Shown here in pieces: positions 20,301-38,200 of a DNA stretch of 64,000 bases. Where the stretch lies: the NCBI GenBank assembly GCA_964035545.1, contig OZ037767.1, positions 10,674,581 to 10,738,580 of the forward strand, written 5' to 3'. The DNA comes from Bugula neritina (lineage: Eukaryota; Animalia; Bryozoa). Made by a program: the position numbers and the translations under genes. The notes under the pieces were generated by a model. That model ran no database searches. It was given only the letters and a program-made list of their open reading frames with translations, and was not told the origin of the DNA. How positions within the stretch are numbered: position 1 is the stretch's first letter; every line of letters begins with the position of its first letter.

Positions 20301-23282
20301 CTCATAGAATATTGCTAATTTTGGCTGATTTATGTAGGTTGATAGTCTAGTATTGTGCATTGTGTTTTAGCTTTCAGTGTCAAATCAGTGATTATTTATT
20401 CACCAGATCATCAAAAGTTGTCATTATTACAATGCGACTGCCTGTAATTTGGGAGCTTCAGCTGTTTCAATTATGTACAGAAGATGGCAGACAAGATGGT
20501 GGACAAGATGGTAGACAAGATGATGGACAAGATGAGAAACAAGAGAGACAAGATTGCAGAAGAGATGGCAGACAAGATGGTAGACAAAATGGCAGAGAAG
20601 ATGGTGGACAAAATGATGGACAAGATGACACACCAGGTGATAGACACAGCTAAAAGTTTGTAACAACAGTTTTTAGTAGATCACCTCTACTGCCTTGCTA
20701 TGCATTTGCTAGGATGATTATACAGAAAAGTGAGAGAGCTTACAGTGAAGTTGCCAACAATCATGCTCTCCACTCTATAGGCCACTTTATAGACCGAGGC
20801 CCATAGAATGAGCTGAGTTTGATAGTGCTGCAAAGTCCTTTAGATAGAAATATATGTACAATTTAATTCTAACTCAATAACCATTATAACATTATTAAAA
20901 GTTAATATAAGTGTGTCAGCTTATGAATCAAAATTTATAACATATCCGAGTATATTTTACAGTAAAATTTGTTGCTTTTGTATCTATAACATTCTTGGAC
21001 ATTCTGTTTCATATATACACTGTGCGGGAGAGCTAACAAACTCTTCAAAACTGAGTTCACACATATCTTAGATGTTGTAGTATGTGAACGCACATGTTTC
21101 CAGTGTAACCACAGCTTTATTGATATGAAGGGAAGAGTGAGGTAAGCAAATCATTACAACATTCATACAGAGTCACTCCCAAACCAAACTTATACCAAAA
21201 GCATATCAGCGACTGAGAAGCCTAGCAATTTGCGAACAGCTGATGAGGTGAAATAAGCTGAATCAATGGCTGTCAAACTTCACCAAACATTACCCATAAT
21301 ATGGCAGTATATGTACGCCGTCGAGGTATGCTTTGTACCACTTCTCAACTCTTTCATGGTCTGCATTTGCAGATTGTTCGACGGGGTCAAAAGATTTGTG
21401 AGTGAAACAGAATAGCTTACAAACTTCATCATGTAACTTAGAGTTTGACTGAATGGACAAAGGAAACAATGAATGCAGGGACCTGTAAAATGTGGAAACA
21501 TTACACTAGTAATAAGCACATTAATAAGTAGCTCAACAAAAAAACCAACTGAAGTATTCTCTCCAAAAGAGATGACAACTGCTACTTTCCTTGTCATTTC
21601 TACCCCCCTCGACAATTTTATCATTGAGTTTTTCAATAACACTCACATCACTTTGATAGAATATTGAGCGAGAAAAAATCCTGTATAGTTAACCAATAAA
21701 ATTGTAAGAGAAAATATATGCCATAGCATCACATAAGCATATATAACTATGCATAGTACTTCATTATGCCCATGTAGCCACACAATAATAAATGCATGGT
21801 GGAATAATCAACCGAATACTGATAATATTATAATTAAAACGTTTCCTTAACAGTTTCCGTTAGTCCTATGCTGTGAACTCTAAATGCTGCATCGATTCAT
21901 GTCTGCAATGTTATGCCAAGTAAAATATACTTTATTCTTTTAAATAGACCGTAAAGAACCCTGTTATGAAATGCATTGCTATTTTGAAATAAGTTTTATG
22001 GGTTTTAGCTGATGAAAATACATCATATAAAAGATTATCGTAAGTTTGATAAGCCAAGGGAAAAGACTCTGGCCTTACTTGTAGTAGTCTGGGGTGTGCT
22101 CCAGTTCATTATACGGCCCATACTGCATGACACAAAGAACTCCGGCTAATTTCACGGCTAGCTCCCTATCACAAGGATATGTACCATTCATAATGTTGGA
22201 CCGAGCTTCCGTGAACAGCAACTCCAATATTTCCGTATCTGTCACCTGTGAGAACATAATAGCGCATACCTAAGATGAACCAAACACTTGCAGCATTGCA
22301 AGATGTTAAATGATCACAAGTTTACTATCAGTTTGACACTTTTTTAAAACACTGAAATTAAAATCTATTAGGCGTATAGCTGTTCACTAATTTGCCTCAA
22401 ACCTACATTATAAACTAATCCTAACAAAAACTATTATCACTTAATTTTTCTTATGAAACTCAACGTACTTTGAGATCCTCTTCCCGTGAAATGTATACAT
22501 TGCGTCGGAGGTGAACATAAGGTTGCTGTGTCTGTATCAGTTTCTCACTAACCGTTGTGTACTTTCGGAGGTACACTGGCCATTTACCGAACAGTTGAAC
22601 AGGACAATGATTGGGTTTCAATTGCAGCTCTACAGAAATTATTGCCCAATTATAGGTTTAACCATAGATTAAACGAAACTCAGAAACATAGAAAGTATCT
22701 TGAATAAAAAATCTTAATTTCTACCCAAATCAGAAGACACAAGCCATAGACTGAGAACGTGTCTTGCCTCCCTGGCATTGAGCTCTAACATCTCGATAAC
22801 ACTATCCATAATCTCAGTGGCTTGTGTGCGCTGGTCAATTGTGAGGGTTACATGTGTCAGGTCTGGCAGACATATGTGCAGTTCAAGCTCTAAATAATAT
22901 ACAAACACGTATAAAATACTGACAGTCAATGGTAATAAGGTAACAAAAACACTGTAATAAGGTTCTGCATTCTACATTCTGCATTCTACATTATAACAGT
23001 AATGGCAATAAATTTGCAGAGCTATGAATAAGTCAAGAAGCACTCAATTGAGTTTAACATGAATGCTAAGGGGACTGAAACTTAACATTCAAAAACTAAT
23101 TGCAAATTTTCATAAAATTTTTACAAAGAATTCTGAGTTTATAATAATCAAAGTGTATTATTCGAGTGTTTGAAGAATGATTTACCACTGTGGCGCTGTG
23201 CTGTTCTAGACACCTGTCTTGAGGGTAATGGTGCAACGCCAGCATTGACTTCAGTCAACTCAACTTCCTCGCTTTTGCTCAT
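17368..23282 (-). CDS. FRMD8: FERM domain-containing protein 8 (iTAP/Bili)-like; core exons 23282-23186, 22889-22725, 22629-22469, 22245-22079, [21482-21294 or 20150-19977], about 19188-19068, 18957-18900, 18781-18630, from about 18387, small tail exons, 17459-17368
   Basis: Spliced LSLWLVSSDLELQLKPNHCPVQLFGKWP...PYVHLRRNVYISREEDLKVTDTEILELLFTEARSNIMNGTYPCD...LP(Y/F)YGSVFFDG...GIQYEDLTWE matches FRMD8-family motifs. Tail splicing is ambiguous. Confidence 0.88.
20481..20645. repeat. 12-bp degenerate tandem repeat
   Basis: GACAAGATGGTG-like units lying between the two FRMD8 paralogous exons. Confidence 0.9.
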
Positions 23283-23699
23283 ATTTTAATGTTAATATAA
23301 GAACTCTACATGAAAATAGAAAGCAATGAAGATATGATAATTAATTGTTGACTAAATAATGACTTAAGTTTAGTTATAATTATAATATTAATAACGGAGC
23401 AATAATCAGTTTTCAACAAACTTACAAAGCCAATTGGCAATTGTTGCTTGTATGAAATTTAATCTTAATTATAATTATTATTGATAATCATAATCATAAT
23501 CATAATGATAATCATAGTGTAAATAATAAATTGTTATTTGGGAAATGTAAATAAAATATAAGTTATTAAGTATAACTATAAATATGGTATATTATAAACA
23601 TGAAATAACAATATTTAATTCAAACAATAATTTACTAAATTTAGTGACAAATAAGTATTTAATTGTCATAATTTAAATTATCCATATTCATATTCAATT

Positions 23700-23840
23700 T
23701 CATATTCATATTGTAACACCAACAGTAGACGTAGTAACACTAACACTAACAGTAAGTGTAACACTGTTACTAACGCTAACAGTAACAGTAAGTGTAACAG
23801 TAATGACTAATGAGTAATGAGTAATTACTATTACTAGTAC

Positions 23841-23897
<57 letters not shown>

Positions 23898-24120
23898 CAG
23901 TATTGACTACGAGTATGACTAGGTCTATTGTAATAATTATAATATACTCAATCTCATCATCACTTTTACTGTTAGTGTTATAGCTATACTTAAGCTTACA
24001 GTTACAGTTTACAATTTATGAATATCAATAAAATGTAAATGTAGTTGACCGTGACATTGAGCCTAATTAAAAGTTAGTCTAAGATAATATATATAACACT
24101 AAGCCCTATGTAACACTATG
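23700..24120. repeat. 3/6-bp periodic low-complexity tract including (AGT)n, in the FRMD8 5' intron
   Basis: ACTAAC/AGTAAC/AGTAGT hexamer-phased sequence. Confidence 0.85.
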
Positions 24121-24183
24121 GCAATATAAAACAACTTACCTGCAAAGGCTTAGAATCTTACTTGAATATCCTAAATATGATAG

Positions 24184-24358
24184 ACGAAAGTTGTTAAAAG
24201 CAGCACCAAGTTGGTGGCCACTGAGTACAGTAGTTTGAGATCTCAAGCTTGAAGCTGAAGGTTCGGAGTTTCAATTCAAAACCCCAACTCAACACTTGAA
24301 ACTTTCAAACTACTGCACTCAGTGACCACCAATTCGGCCATGCTTTTAGCAACTTTGT
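24184..24358. mobile_element. Palindromic MITE-like element with about 55-bp imperfect inverted arms; diverged relative at about 18408-18553
   Basis: ACGAAAGTTGTTAAAAGCAGCACCAAGTTGGTGGCCACTGAGTACAGTAGTTTGA ... TCAAACTACTGCACTCAGTGACCACCAATTCGGCCATGCTTTTAGCAACTTTGT; CAAACTACTGCACTCAGT recurs at 18499. Confidence 0.7.
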
Positions 24359-24579
24359 AGAGTTTTAAATCATTAAATGTTACAGTTATCATAATCATAA
24401 TGATAGTGATGGTTTTACCGTTATTGTTCTAGATTTAATTTGTCTTTGACATAGTCATACTAAAGTTGAAATGTCTTCAGATGTGAAATAATAAAATAAT
24501 AAATACAAATAGGGTTATACCGTTGCTGCTAGAATTTTATTTCATTTTCTTCCCAGTCCCCTGACAGTAATTGTAAAAT

Positions 24580-25320
24580 AGATCATTATGATTATGATTA
24601 TCATACTCATAGTCTAAGCCATAGATCTGACTGAGACTCAGTGATAGATGATAGTGATACTGATAGTGATGGTCACTGTCAGCATCATAGTGATATTGAT
24701 AGTGATAGTCATACTCAGTATGATACTCAGTCACTTTCAGTTTCATAGTCAGTAGTCGTAGACGTAATCCGATAGTCGTAGACTAAGACATAGTCACTGA
24801 GTCATACTCACTGTCAGTACTGAGTACAGGTATTCACTATCACAATGAGTATGACTATCATTATGAATGTCATGCTGATACTTATAAGTGATACTCATAC
24901 TCAGTCATAGTGATAGTGATACTGGTGGTGATAGAGTAATTCACTAAATGAGTAAATATAATAGTAATACTAATAGCCATACTCATAGTCATAGTGATGG
25001 TGATACTCATACTCATACACTTACAGTGATACAGATACTCATAGCCATAGTGTTGCACTTTCCTTTTAGTCATACATTTACAGTTAGTCACTTGAAGTTA
25101 CTCTAGCTCTTAGTTTAAGAGTAAGAGTTAATGTTACTCATGCTGATACTCTAACTCATGGACCATTTTGATACTAATGGTGAGTTCATAGTGATAGTCA
25201 TAGTGTAGGTGTTGCAGTTACAGATAGTGATACTGAAGTTAAGACTAACTTTTCTATTGAAAGCTAATTAATACTTGTAGTTATACTCATTATGAGTTGA
25301 TCAATGATAGTCATAGTAAA
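24580..25320. repeat. 6-bp periodic degenerate tract upstream of the SAV1 coding region
   Basis: GATAGT GATACT GATAGT GATGGT CACTGT..CATAGT GATATT GATAGT..CATACT. Confidence 0.85.
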
Positions 25321-26416
25321 TAAATATAAATTCTTTAATAGAATAATTGTAGGTATTTCATCAAAATTAAAGTATTTATGAAGTATCAAATCATGTGTTT
25401 AAAATTTGAACAAAATGTGTAATAAAACTGTGATGAAGACTTTGTTTGGTAACTTTCATAAGCTTTGTCGTTGCATTGAAAGTCCTGTGTAACTAGATTG
25501 AAACTCAAACTAAAGTTGCCAAGCTTTCTCTGTAATTTCCACAGTTTTAAAGCTGTAAAATTGGTTTCTTTCTTGGCAAGTTGCCCATTTGATTGCAAGC
25601 CTATACATTTTGTTGTACATGTTCTTGAAGTATGCTGCTATTACAATATTAGTTGTATCTAAATGTTCATACACAAATAAGCTTAGTAAGAAAGCTGTTT
25701 CTATTTTATTAGTCTATGTTTTTATTTATCAGGGCTTACTAATTATTGCCCAAGACTTGTGCATCTGCAATAACTATTGGCAAATACACCGATGGTGTTG
25801 GCAATAATTTTCAGCTGCCAATGTTTAGTGATGCCAATTTTCTGCATACTATTTATAGGTTTCATCAATTGACATAAATTATTGATGTCATACCTGAAAT
25901 GTAACATAATTTCATATTTCTGAAACTACTGCTACTCATCAATTCCTTTAATACCTTCATATATTATGTACTTTTGTACTTGCGATGTATTAAAACACAT
26001 GCCAATGCAAACATACCTAGATGCTGCATTAAGCACTTTGAATAGTTTGTAAATTTACAGTTGTAGCTCAGTGCTAAAATTTTTAAGAAGAATGTCAATT
26101 TTATGAAGTGATTACTCCATTGCACCATTTCTCAATAAATAAAAAATAACTAAAGGAATATTTCAAGTTAGATTTTTCAGAAAATTCACTGAAATTTTTT
26201 TTGAAAATTGGTATGCTGCTATCAAGTAAATATTCATTCTCTAGAGAAAATATTATTGTATAGTTGGATTGTAATCTGAAGAGCTACACTCTAACAATTC
26301 ATGGGGTTAAAGAATGTACTTTTAAGAGGACAAAACTCCTAATTGAAAGTGGGCATGTGAAAAGAATTTAAACAAAATTTAGCTTATATGATTTAGCTTA
26401 TATAAATGTTATTAGG

Positions 26417-31802
<5,386 letters not shown>

Positions 31803-33449
31803 GAATTGCCAACTTCTACTTTAACTTTTTGCTAAAAACTTTTAGTGCTTTCAAAGCAGTTATTTGAATTAATGTCCAAAAAGAGATGCTTGTTATATAA
31901 TAGTGGTTTAAATCCATTCGAGGTATTTCCAGTATTCAACTAACTAACCCAAAGATGATTTCGGAAAGCTTTAGTAAACGTGTGCAAATAACTATCAAGT
32001 TTTCCAGCCTATACTAGAAATTTTCAAAGTATTGTAAAATACAGTCAGTTATATGCTTTATGTGAAGTGGTTTAGCAGCTTAATTAACCATTAAATCAAC
32101 TCTCATTTTTATTTTGCCTATTTTATTACAACTTTTATGGTTTTAAGGTTGGATTTATAAAACACCGCAACCAATAGATTGTGCTCATTTGAGATTAATG
32201 TTGAATGCTAGAAACACCTATAGCAAGATGATATGCTCCTGAATTCATACAACTTAGAAGACATTAATCTCTTCATTATTAGGCATTTTTTATATCTCCA
32301 AGCATTAGCTGATTTGCAGTGAATCTCGAAACTTTCCAAACTTTTAGCTTTAACTGTTTATTTCACGCCAGTTAGTTGGTTGTTCACGTATAATAATATC
32401 CTTAACATACTGTTGTAGATAATATAAACTGGCAAAGCTAAGTCTGGTTGTTTTAGCCGAATACTAGTGCAGCGATTTCTTCATTGGTTGACCCAGTGTG
32501 ATTTATCTCAAGCTATTTTTATACCTCTCTATGCTTTCACATCAATATTTTTATTTATTGAAGCATTTCAAGTAAACTTTCAGCATGTATTAATGCAACA
32601 GAAATTTCTATGTAGTTGGATAATTTAGTAAGATGTTATGTATATATATATTTTATCTAAAATTTTAAAGCTTTTATAACTTTTGTCTTTTGTAAGATAC
32701 TTTATATTTACCTAAGAAGCTTAAATCTAGACTTGTTGCTGGAATTAATGCTGGAATTGCTTTTAATAAACATGACTATAAATAATTGTACTGAAGGTTT
32801 ACTGGGGGTTCTTGCGTAAGCATCACCGTCCTTTTAGATTTAGTTGTTCACACATTCCGCTTCAAGTTATGGACATGACATTCAACGTTGTGTTGTCTCA
32901 TAATGCATTTTAATATTTTTATAAATACCACAATACTATTTGCATTTTTAAAGCTCATTTTATATAGTATTTAGTAAGCACTAGTTTCTAGCATAGGATG
33001 ACAATAAAGCTCGCTATATTGGTGCATGATATGTTAAAACCATAATTGTTATCTTTATTTTATTCACCTTTCCTTGTTGCCTTTGTTGAATAAATAATTG
33101 TTTAGTTGTCGCCTAACTTATTGCCTGTCATCATTTCTGGACAGTTTTTGTTGTAAACAATGTGCAGAATTTCATTAGTTATTGAAACATATTTAACAAG
33201 AATTAATTGTTACTGCCAGTTATCATGAAATAATAAAGAATACATTACAATTCTCAAAACCTTCCAACTATATGTACAAAGTCATTAAGATATGCTAAAA
33301 AATAACCATATATCCTCAGTTTTTGTACAAATCAAACTTTTCTCACTGGTCTTCATGGAGAATTAACAGCACATTAGATTTATAATTGAAAGTTCATAGC
33401 TCAGTAGAACTAACTGTTGAACGCATATCCACCTTGAAACATGTTGAAA

Positions 33450-35003
33450 TCATTCTACAAAATGAACCCTGCCTCTTCTTCTCCCAGAGCCTTCAATTGA
33501 CCTTGAAGATTTCTCATAGTTCAAGGCCATTTCATAAACATCATTTTCATCACACATATATTCTTTTATTGCATCTAACTTTTCGTCCAAGTTCATACTG
33601 GATATTGGCTTCTCATCTAAACTGGCTTTCTTCTTTCTTTGACACTTCATAGCAATATTCTCAATGGCCATATATATTTGGCCCATCTCTGCTAGCTATT
33701 GAAAAAATAAATACAAATCATCAAACACCATTTCACCATACAAGTCAATGTAAGTCTCAAGACTGCAAAAATAATTGCAGAAATGGCTCTGAATTGTTTT
33801 CCCTTAATTTTACTATGAAAAATAAACAGTTACACAACAGTATGTAATCAATGCACTACTTTATGTACAGTAGTGTAAGTTAATTAAGTGAGCAGCCGTG
33901 ATCTAGGGGTTAGAGCGTTTGCTTAGTAAACCTAAAATCATGGGTTCGAACCCGACAAAGGCCATTGGTGATGTTAGGAAGAGCATTCAGTCATAACTGC
34001 TCCTGTGCCTCGTCTGAATAAGTCCTTAGCCCACTCTAACAAAAACACCTTCCCATCAGGAGTTTTCTTACAGGTCTCCGGATGGTGACTATAAACTTGC
34101 GTGAGAGTACAAGTTAAATAAGTATTACATGGAACACAGAAAAAGCAGTAGAAAACTTGCCTCTTCTCTAGAAACCTCCTTCTCGACAATATACCACTCT
34201 TCCTTCTGCTTGCCGCTGTCAATTGTCCGCTCTTGCTGTTTCTGCAGAATAGCTACTTGGCTGCTGATAGACACCACCCTCTTTTCATGTTCCTGCTTCA
34301 GCACCTCGTACTCGGCTTTCAGCTTTTCTAACTACAAATAGACGTACCAAATTATGTAATATATATTGCATTCTAAGTTCATTTTAACTTGCATAAGCTA
34401 CGTTTATTTTTACTCTCCAATCTGTTTTATATTGCCATAGCTATTTCCATAACTGAGGTTTTCAAATTTATTTGAGTTCAGCATAGGTACTTCTAAACTT
34501 CACAAAGTTTTGTAAGCTACATATTGCATTATATAAAAACATAAGATTGACATGAGAGTCACTAATATGAAATCTGAATCAATATAAATGAACTTGCAAG
34601 TGAATCATCAAAACATCTTTGCTTCCATTATTACAGAATAAATTTCTTATACAATATACTGTGGTGACTAAAATCTATTTATGCAATTGGAGAACGGTAC
34701 TAATTATTACTCAATAATTGATGACATCATAGGAGCACAATAATTGATGATGTCATATACCTGTGTAGCATTTCCTTCTAGATCTTTCACCAGGCCACCA
34801 TGTGTAGCACTCAGTGTTTCATATCTCATCATTAGACTGTTTATTTGATTTTCTGACATCTCTAAATAATCTTTAAAAAAAACAAAATTGTATATTTAAA
34901 TATTTACTGCTGTATTGAAAATCTATATATTTCTATGTTAAAATATATATTGCTATATTGAAATACTTACTGCTGTATTTAAATATATTATTTGGCTATA
35001 TTG

Positions 35004-35071
<68 letters not shown>

Positions 35072-35091
35072 GTATATAATATATATATATG

Positions 35092-35124
<33 letters not shown>

Positions 35125-35149
35125 GTATATGTATATATATATGTATATA

Positions 35150-35203
<54 letters not shown>

Positions 35204-38200
35204 TATTGAAAGATATTTTGTTGTATTGGACACATCTAAAGGCTAACATTGGGATAGTATGAGTCATACTTTGTCAGGAATCAATTTATTTTTTATAAAA
35301 GCAGCTTGCAGCATTAATGTATTTGAGTTTAAGTTTATATTAAGTTGCAGTAACGTTCAGTTCTAATTGGACTTTCATAGATTATGGAGGAAAGAAGCAA
35401 TAAAAAAACTTTGTTAAATTAGTAAAAACTTAAAATTATAATATTATTACAACATTATAGCTGAAATTGAAATATATTAATATTATTCTGAATTTGTTTT
35501 TTCAACAACAGCCTTGTACTTTATAAAATTAAAATTAAGCACAACAGAAGCAACATAAAAACTGAATAGAATGTAACTGGTAGTTATAAATTAAGCTGAA
35601 ACAACAAAACATAAAAATTGAACTGAACATCTGAACACAAGGGAACAATTAAAAATGCTTTTACCAAGTTGCAGGGATTATTACTTCAATGGTAAATTGT
35701 TAAATATATTTCAAATATATGCCTTAGTAACAAAGTGATCTAAAACTTGTAAAAAAATAGCAGTGTTTTATTGATTTGGTGGATAAAAACTTGCGTTTTA
35801 GTCACAAATGCACCTGCAGGGTTGGAAGAATATGCAAGCTCAAGTGCGATGTAACTACCTTGAACAGACATAAACATTTTGATTCAAGCCAAGCTTTGTA
35901 GCAACATTCTTTTAATAGAAATAAATAAAAGTTTCTTTAAAAATTTTCTAAATAAAACAATGTGAATGAGCAAATATTCATTTCTCTTTTATGTCAGCAA
36001 TTTAGGAATTTTTTTTAAATAACAGTCTACTGTGTTGTCTCTATATTTTACATATATATAGCATTAATGACTGTCCACACTACCCATGCTGCTCAGCTAT
36101 TTAGTATGAGCAATAAAACTAGCAGTGAATGACTCATGAACTGCACAATCACACTAGATTCATGCTTTACATCAATCTCATCCCCTTTTTGCAGTGCAGA
36201 GGTACAGAGGGGGCTTTGAGATAGAGGTCATATGTTGAATTATAGTATGTACCCATAATTTGAAACTACACACTTAGCTAATTAGGGTTTGAGTGATTAT
36301 TGATAAATAAAAACTCATGCAAGTTTATAGTTGCTATCCCTGTGAAAAACCCCTAGTGGAAAAGGTTTTTGTTAAAGCAAGCCAAGTACTTGTTTAGATG
36401 AAGCACAGGAGCAATTATGACTGGATGCTCTTCCTAACATCCCCAGTGGCCTTTGTCGGGTTCGAACCCATGACTTCGTATTCACAAAGCAAATGCTTTC
36501 ACCCCTAGACCACGGCTGATAATTATTTTTTCTTATTTTCAAAACTTTGTTTTTGTGCTATTCTTTTTAGCATAGTTTAAAAATTTTAATTAATATTACA
36601 ATTATTATATTCTAATAACTTACTTTCAGGAAGTTTTTCAATTGATTGCAGTAGAAACTGTTCATATAATCTGTACACGTCAATCTTTTTCTGTAGCTTG
36701 CTGTGTCTAAAACACAACAATGTTGTTTACTTATATAAACAGTTGCATTAGAGTTTAGACAATAGCGATGGCACACCACTGTGTTTATGACATGTATGAG
36801 TTATTGGAGTTATTCTCTCTATCACCACAAGCTGCACAGCAATCTCGCTTACGTACAATAGAGTTAAATCCGTTTGTACATCTTGTAAACACAAAATATA
36901 TTAGAGAAAAAAAATTGGGTAATACTTGCTGCTGATTGTCAGATTATTCACAAAACCTGCCAATGCAGCTCTATATTGATTAACTTTGAATAGCTGTTAT
37001 TTGTGTGTGAATTTTAATTTGTCTCCCATTATTCACTAGAATTTATTTTCAATAGCACAAATGAACTGTTTTTCGTAATTATATTTATGTAGATATTTAC
37101 ATTTTCTTTTGTTGCTCGAGCTCTACTCTTAATTCTTCTACCTCTCTAGACTTTTGCTCGTTCAGCCGAACTTCTGTTTGATATCGTTGAATAGCTCTTC
37201 TTCTTTTAGCTTCATTATCTGCTATGAATTTCTCAAACTTTGTTACCCTTTCCCTCATCTGTAACACATCATTATGTTTGTGAGTTTTATATTATATCAA
37301 GTATATCAAAGATTTAGACAGCTGTTAGTAGCGGCTAGGTGTATATAAAATATTCTTGCAAAAATCGACAAAGCTACTGTTATAAAGAAAGAAAAAATTA
37401 GAAATAAAAAGAATTGATAACTAGAGTCAGCCATAGCTTTATTTTGGTCAACAAAAAAGCTGCTGTTTATACAGGTGAATGCATGAAAATAGTTAAATTC
37501 ATGATGTTTAGGGTTTAAAAACAGTGAGCTAATTGAAATATCATAACAAACTTTTTGCTGTTCTTTTTGTAGTGCGACTTGTCGTTCAGCACATTTTTCC
37601 ATACGTTTTCTAAATTCTTCTCTTTTTCCAGCCAATTCAACTTGAACTTTTTCAACCTATAAAATGCAATATATTCTAAGATGTCAATAAAAGATAAAAT
37701 TTATGCATTACAGATAGCATGCAAAAAGCAATATATAAGTCCTACAAAAACTAATGAGTCAATTAACCACATTTATCATCAGAACTAATTCTTAAATACA
37801 GTAGGCAGTGCTCTCTATTTTTTAAACCTTTTCAATATCAATATAGCCAAATGCTCAAGTTACCTCTACTTCTTTTTTCAGCAACAAAGTTTTTTGTAAA
37901 GTGTTGATACCAGTCTCTATGAGACGCCCAGCTGTTTCGTGGACTACAGGAAAAGTTTTCACATTATCATCCTCATCTTCTCTGTAAAAATTTTGGTAAT
38001 ATTAAAAATATACATATAGCAATGTCAATACTTGTCTATGAATAAATTATATAAATATAATAGATATTAGTATGAGCTAATAAATTCATGTGCTACCAAC
38101 AATCACTACACTACGAACTACAAATATTACTATTAGTATTACTGTTAATATAACTATAGCATAGGCCATAGGTATTACTATTAGTATTAGACCAATAGTA

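Noticed and set aside
20360-20666. QDGRQD repeat ORF
   Set aside because: 12-bp tandem repeat in a FRMD8 intron with no supporting gene structure.
20785-20860. Possible third, decayed FRMD8 paralogous exon (YFYLKDFAAL / KLSSFYG in different frames)
   Set aside because: Needs a frameshift, has no GT donor after FYG and no clear acceptor; may be chance.
17368-23282. FERM gene as FRMD6/Expanded or Merlin (Hippo partners of Salvador)
   Set aside because: Motifs (LQLKPxH, RRNV, YPCD) match the FRMD8/KRIT-type FERM, and no ankyrin repeats were seen, favouring FRMD8.
33891-33970. Functional tRNA gene
   Set aside because: No acceptor stem or poly-T terminator; continues into a shared multicopy SINE body.
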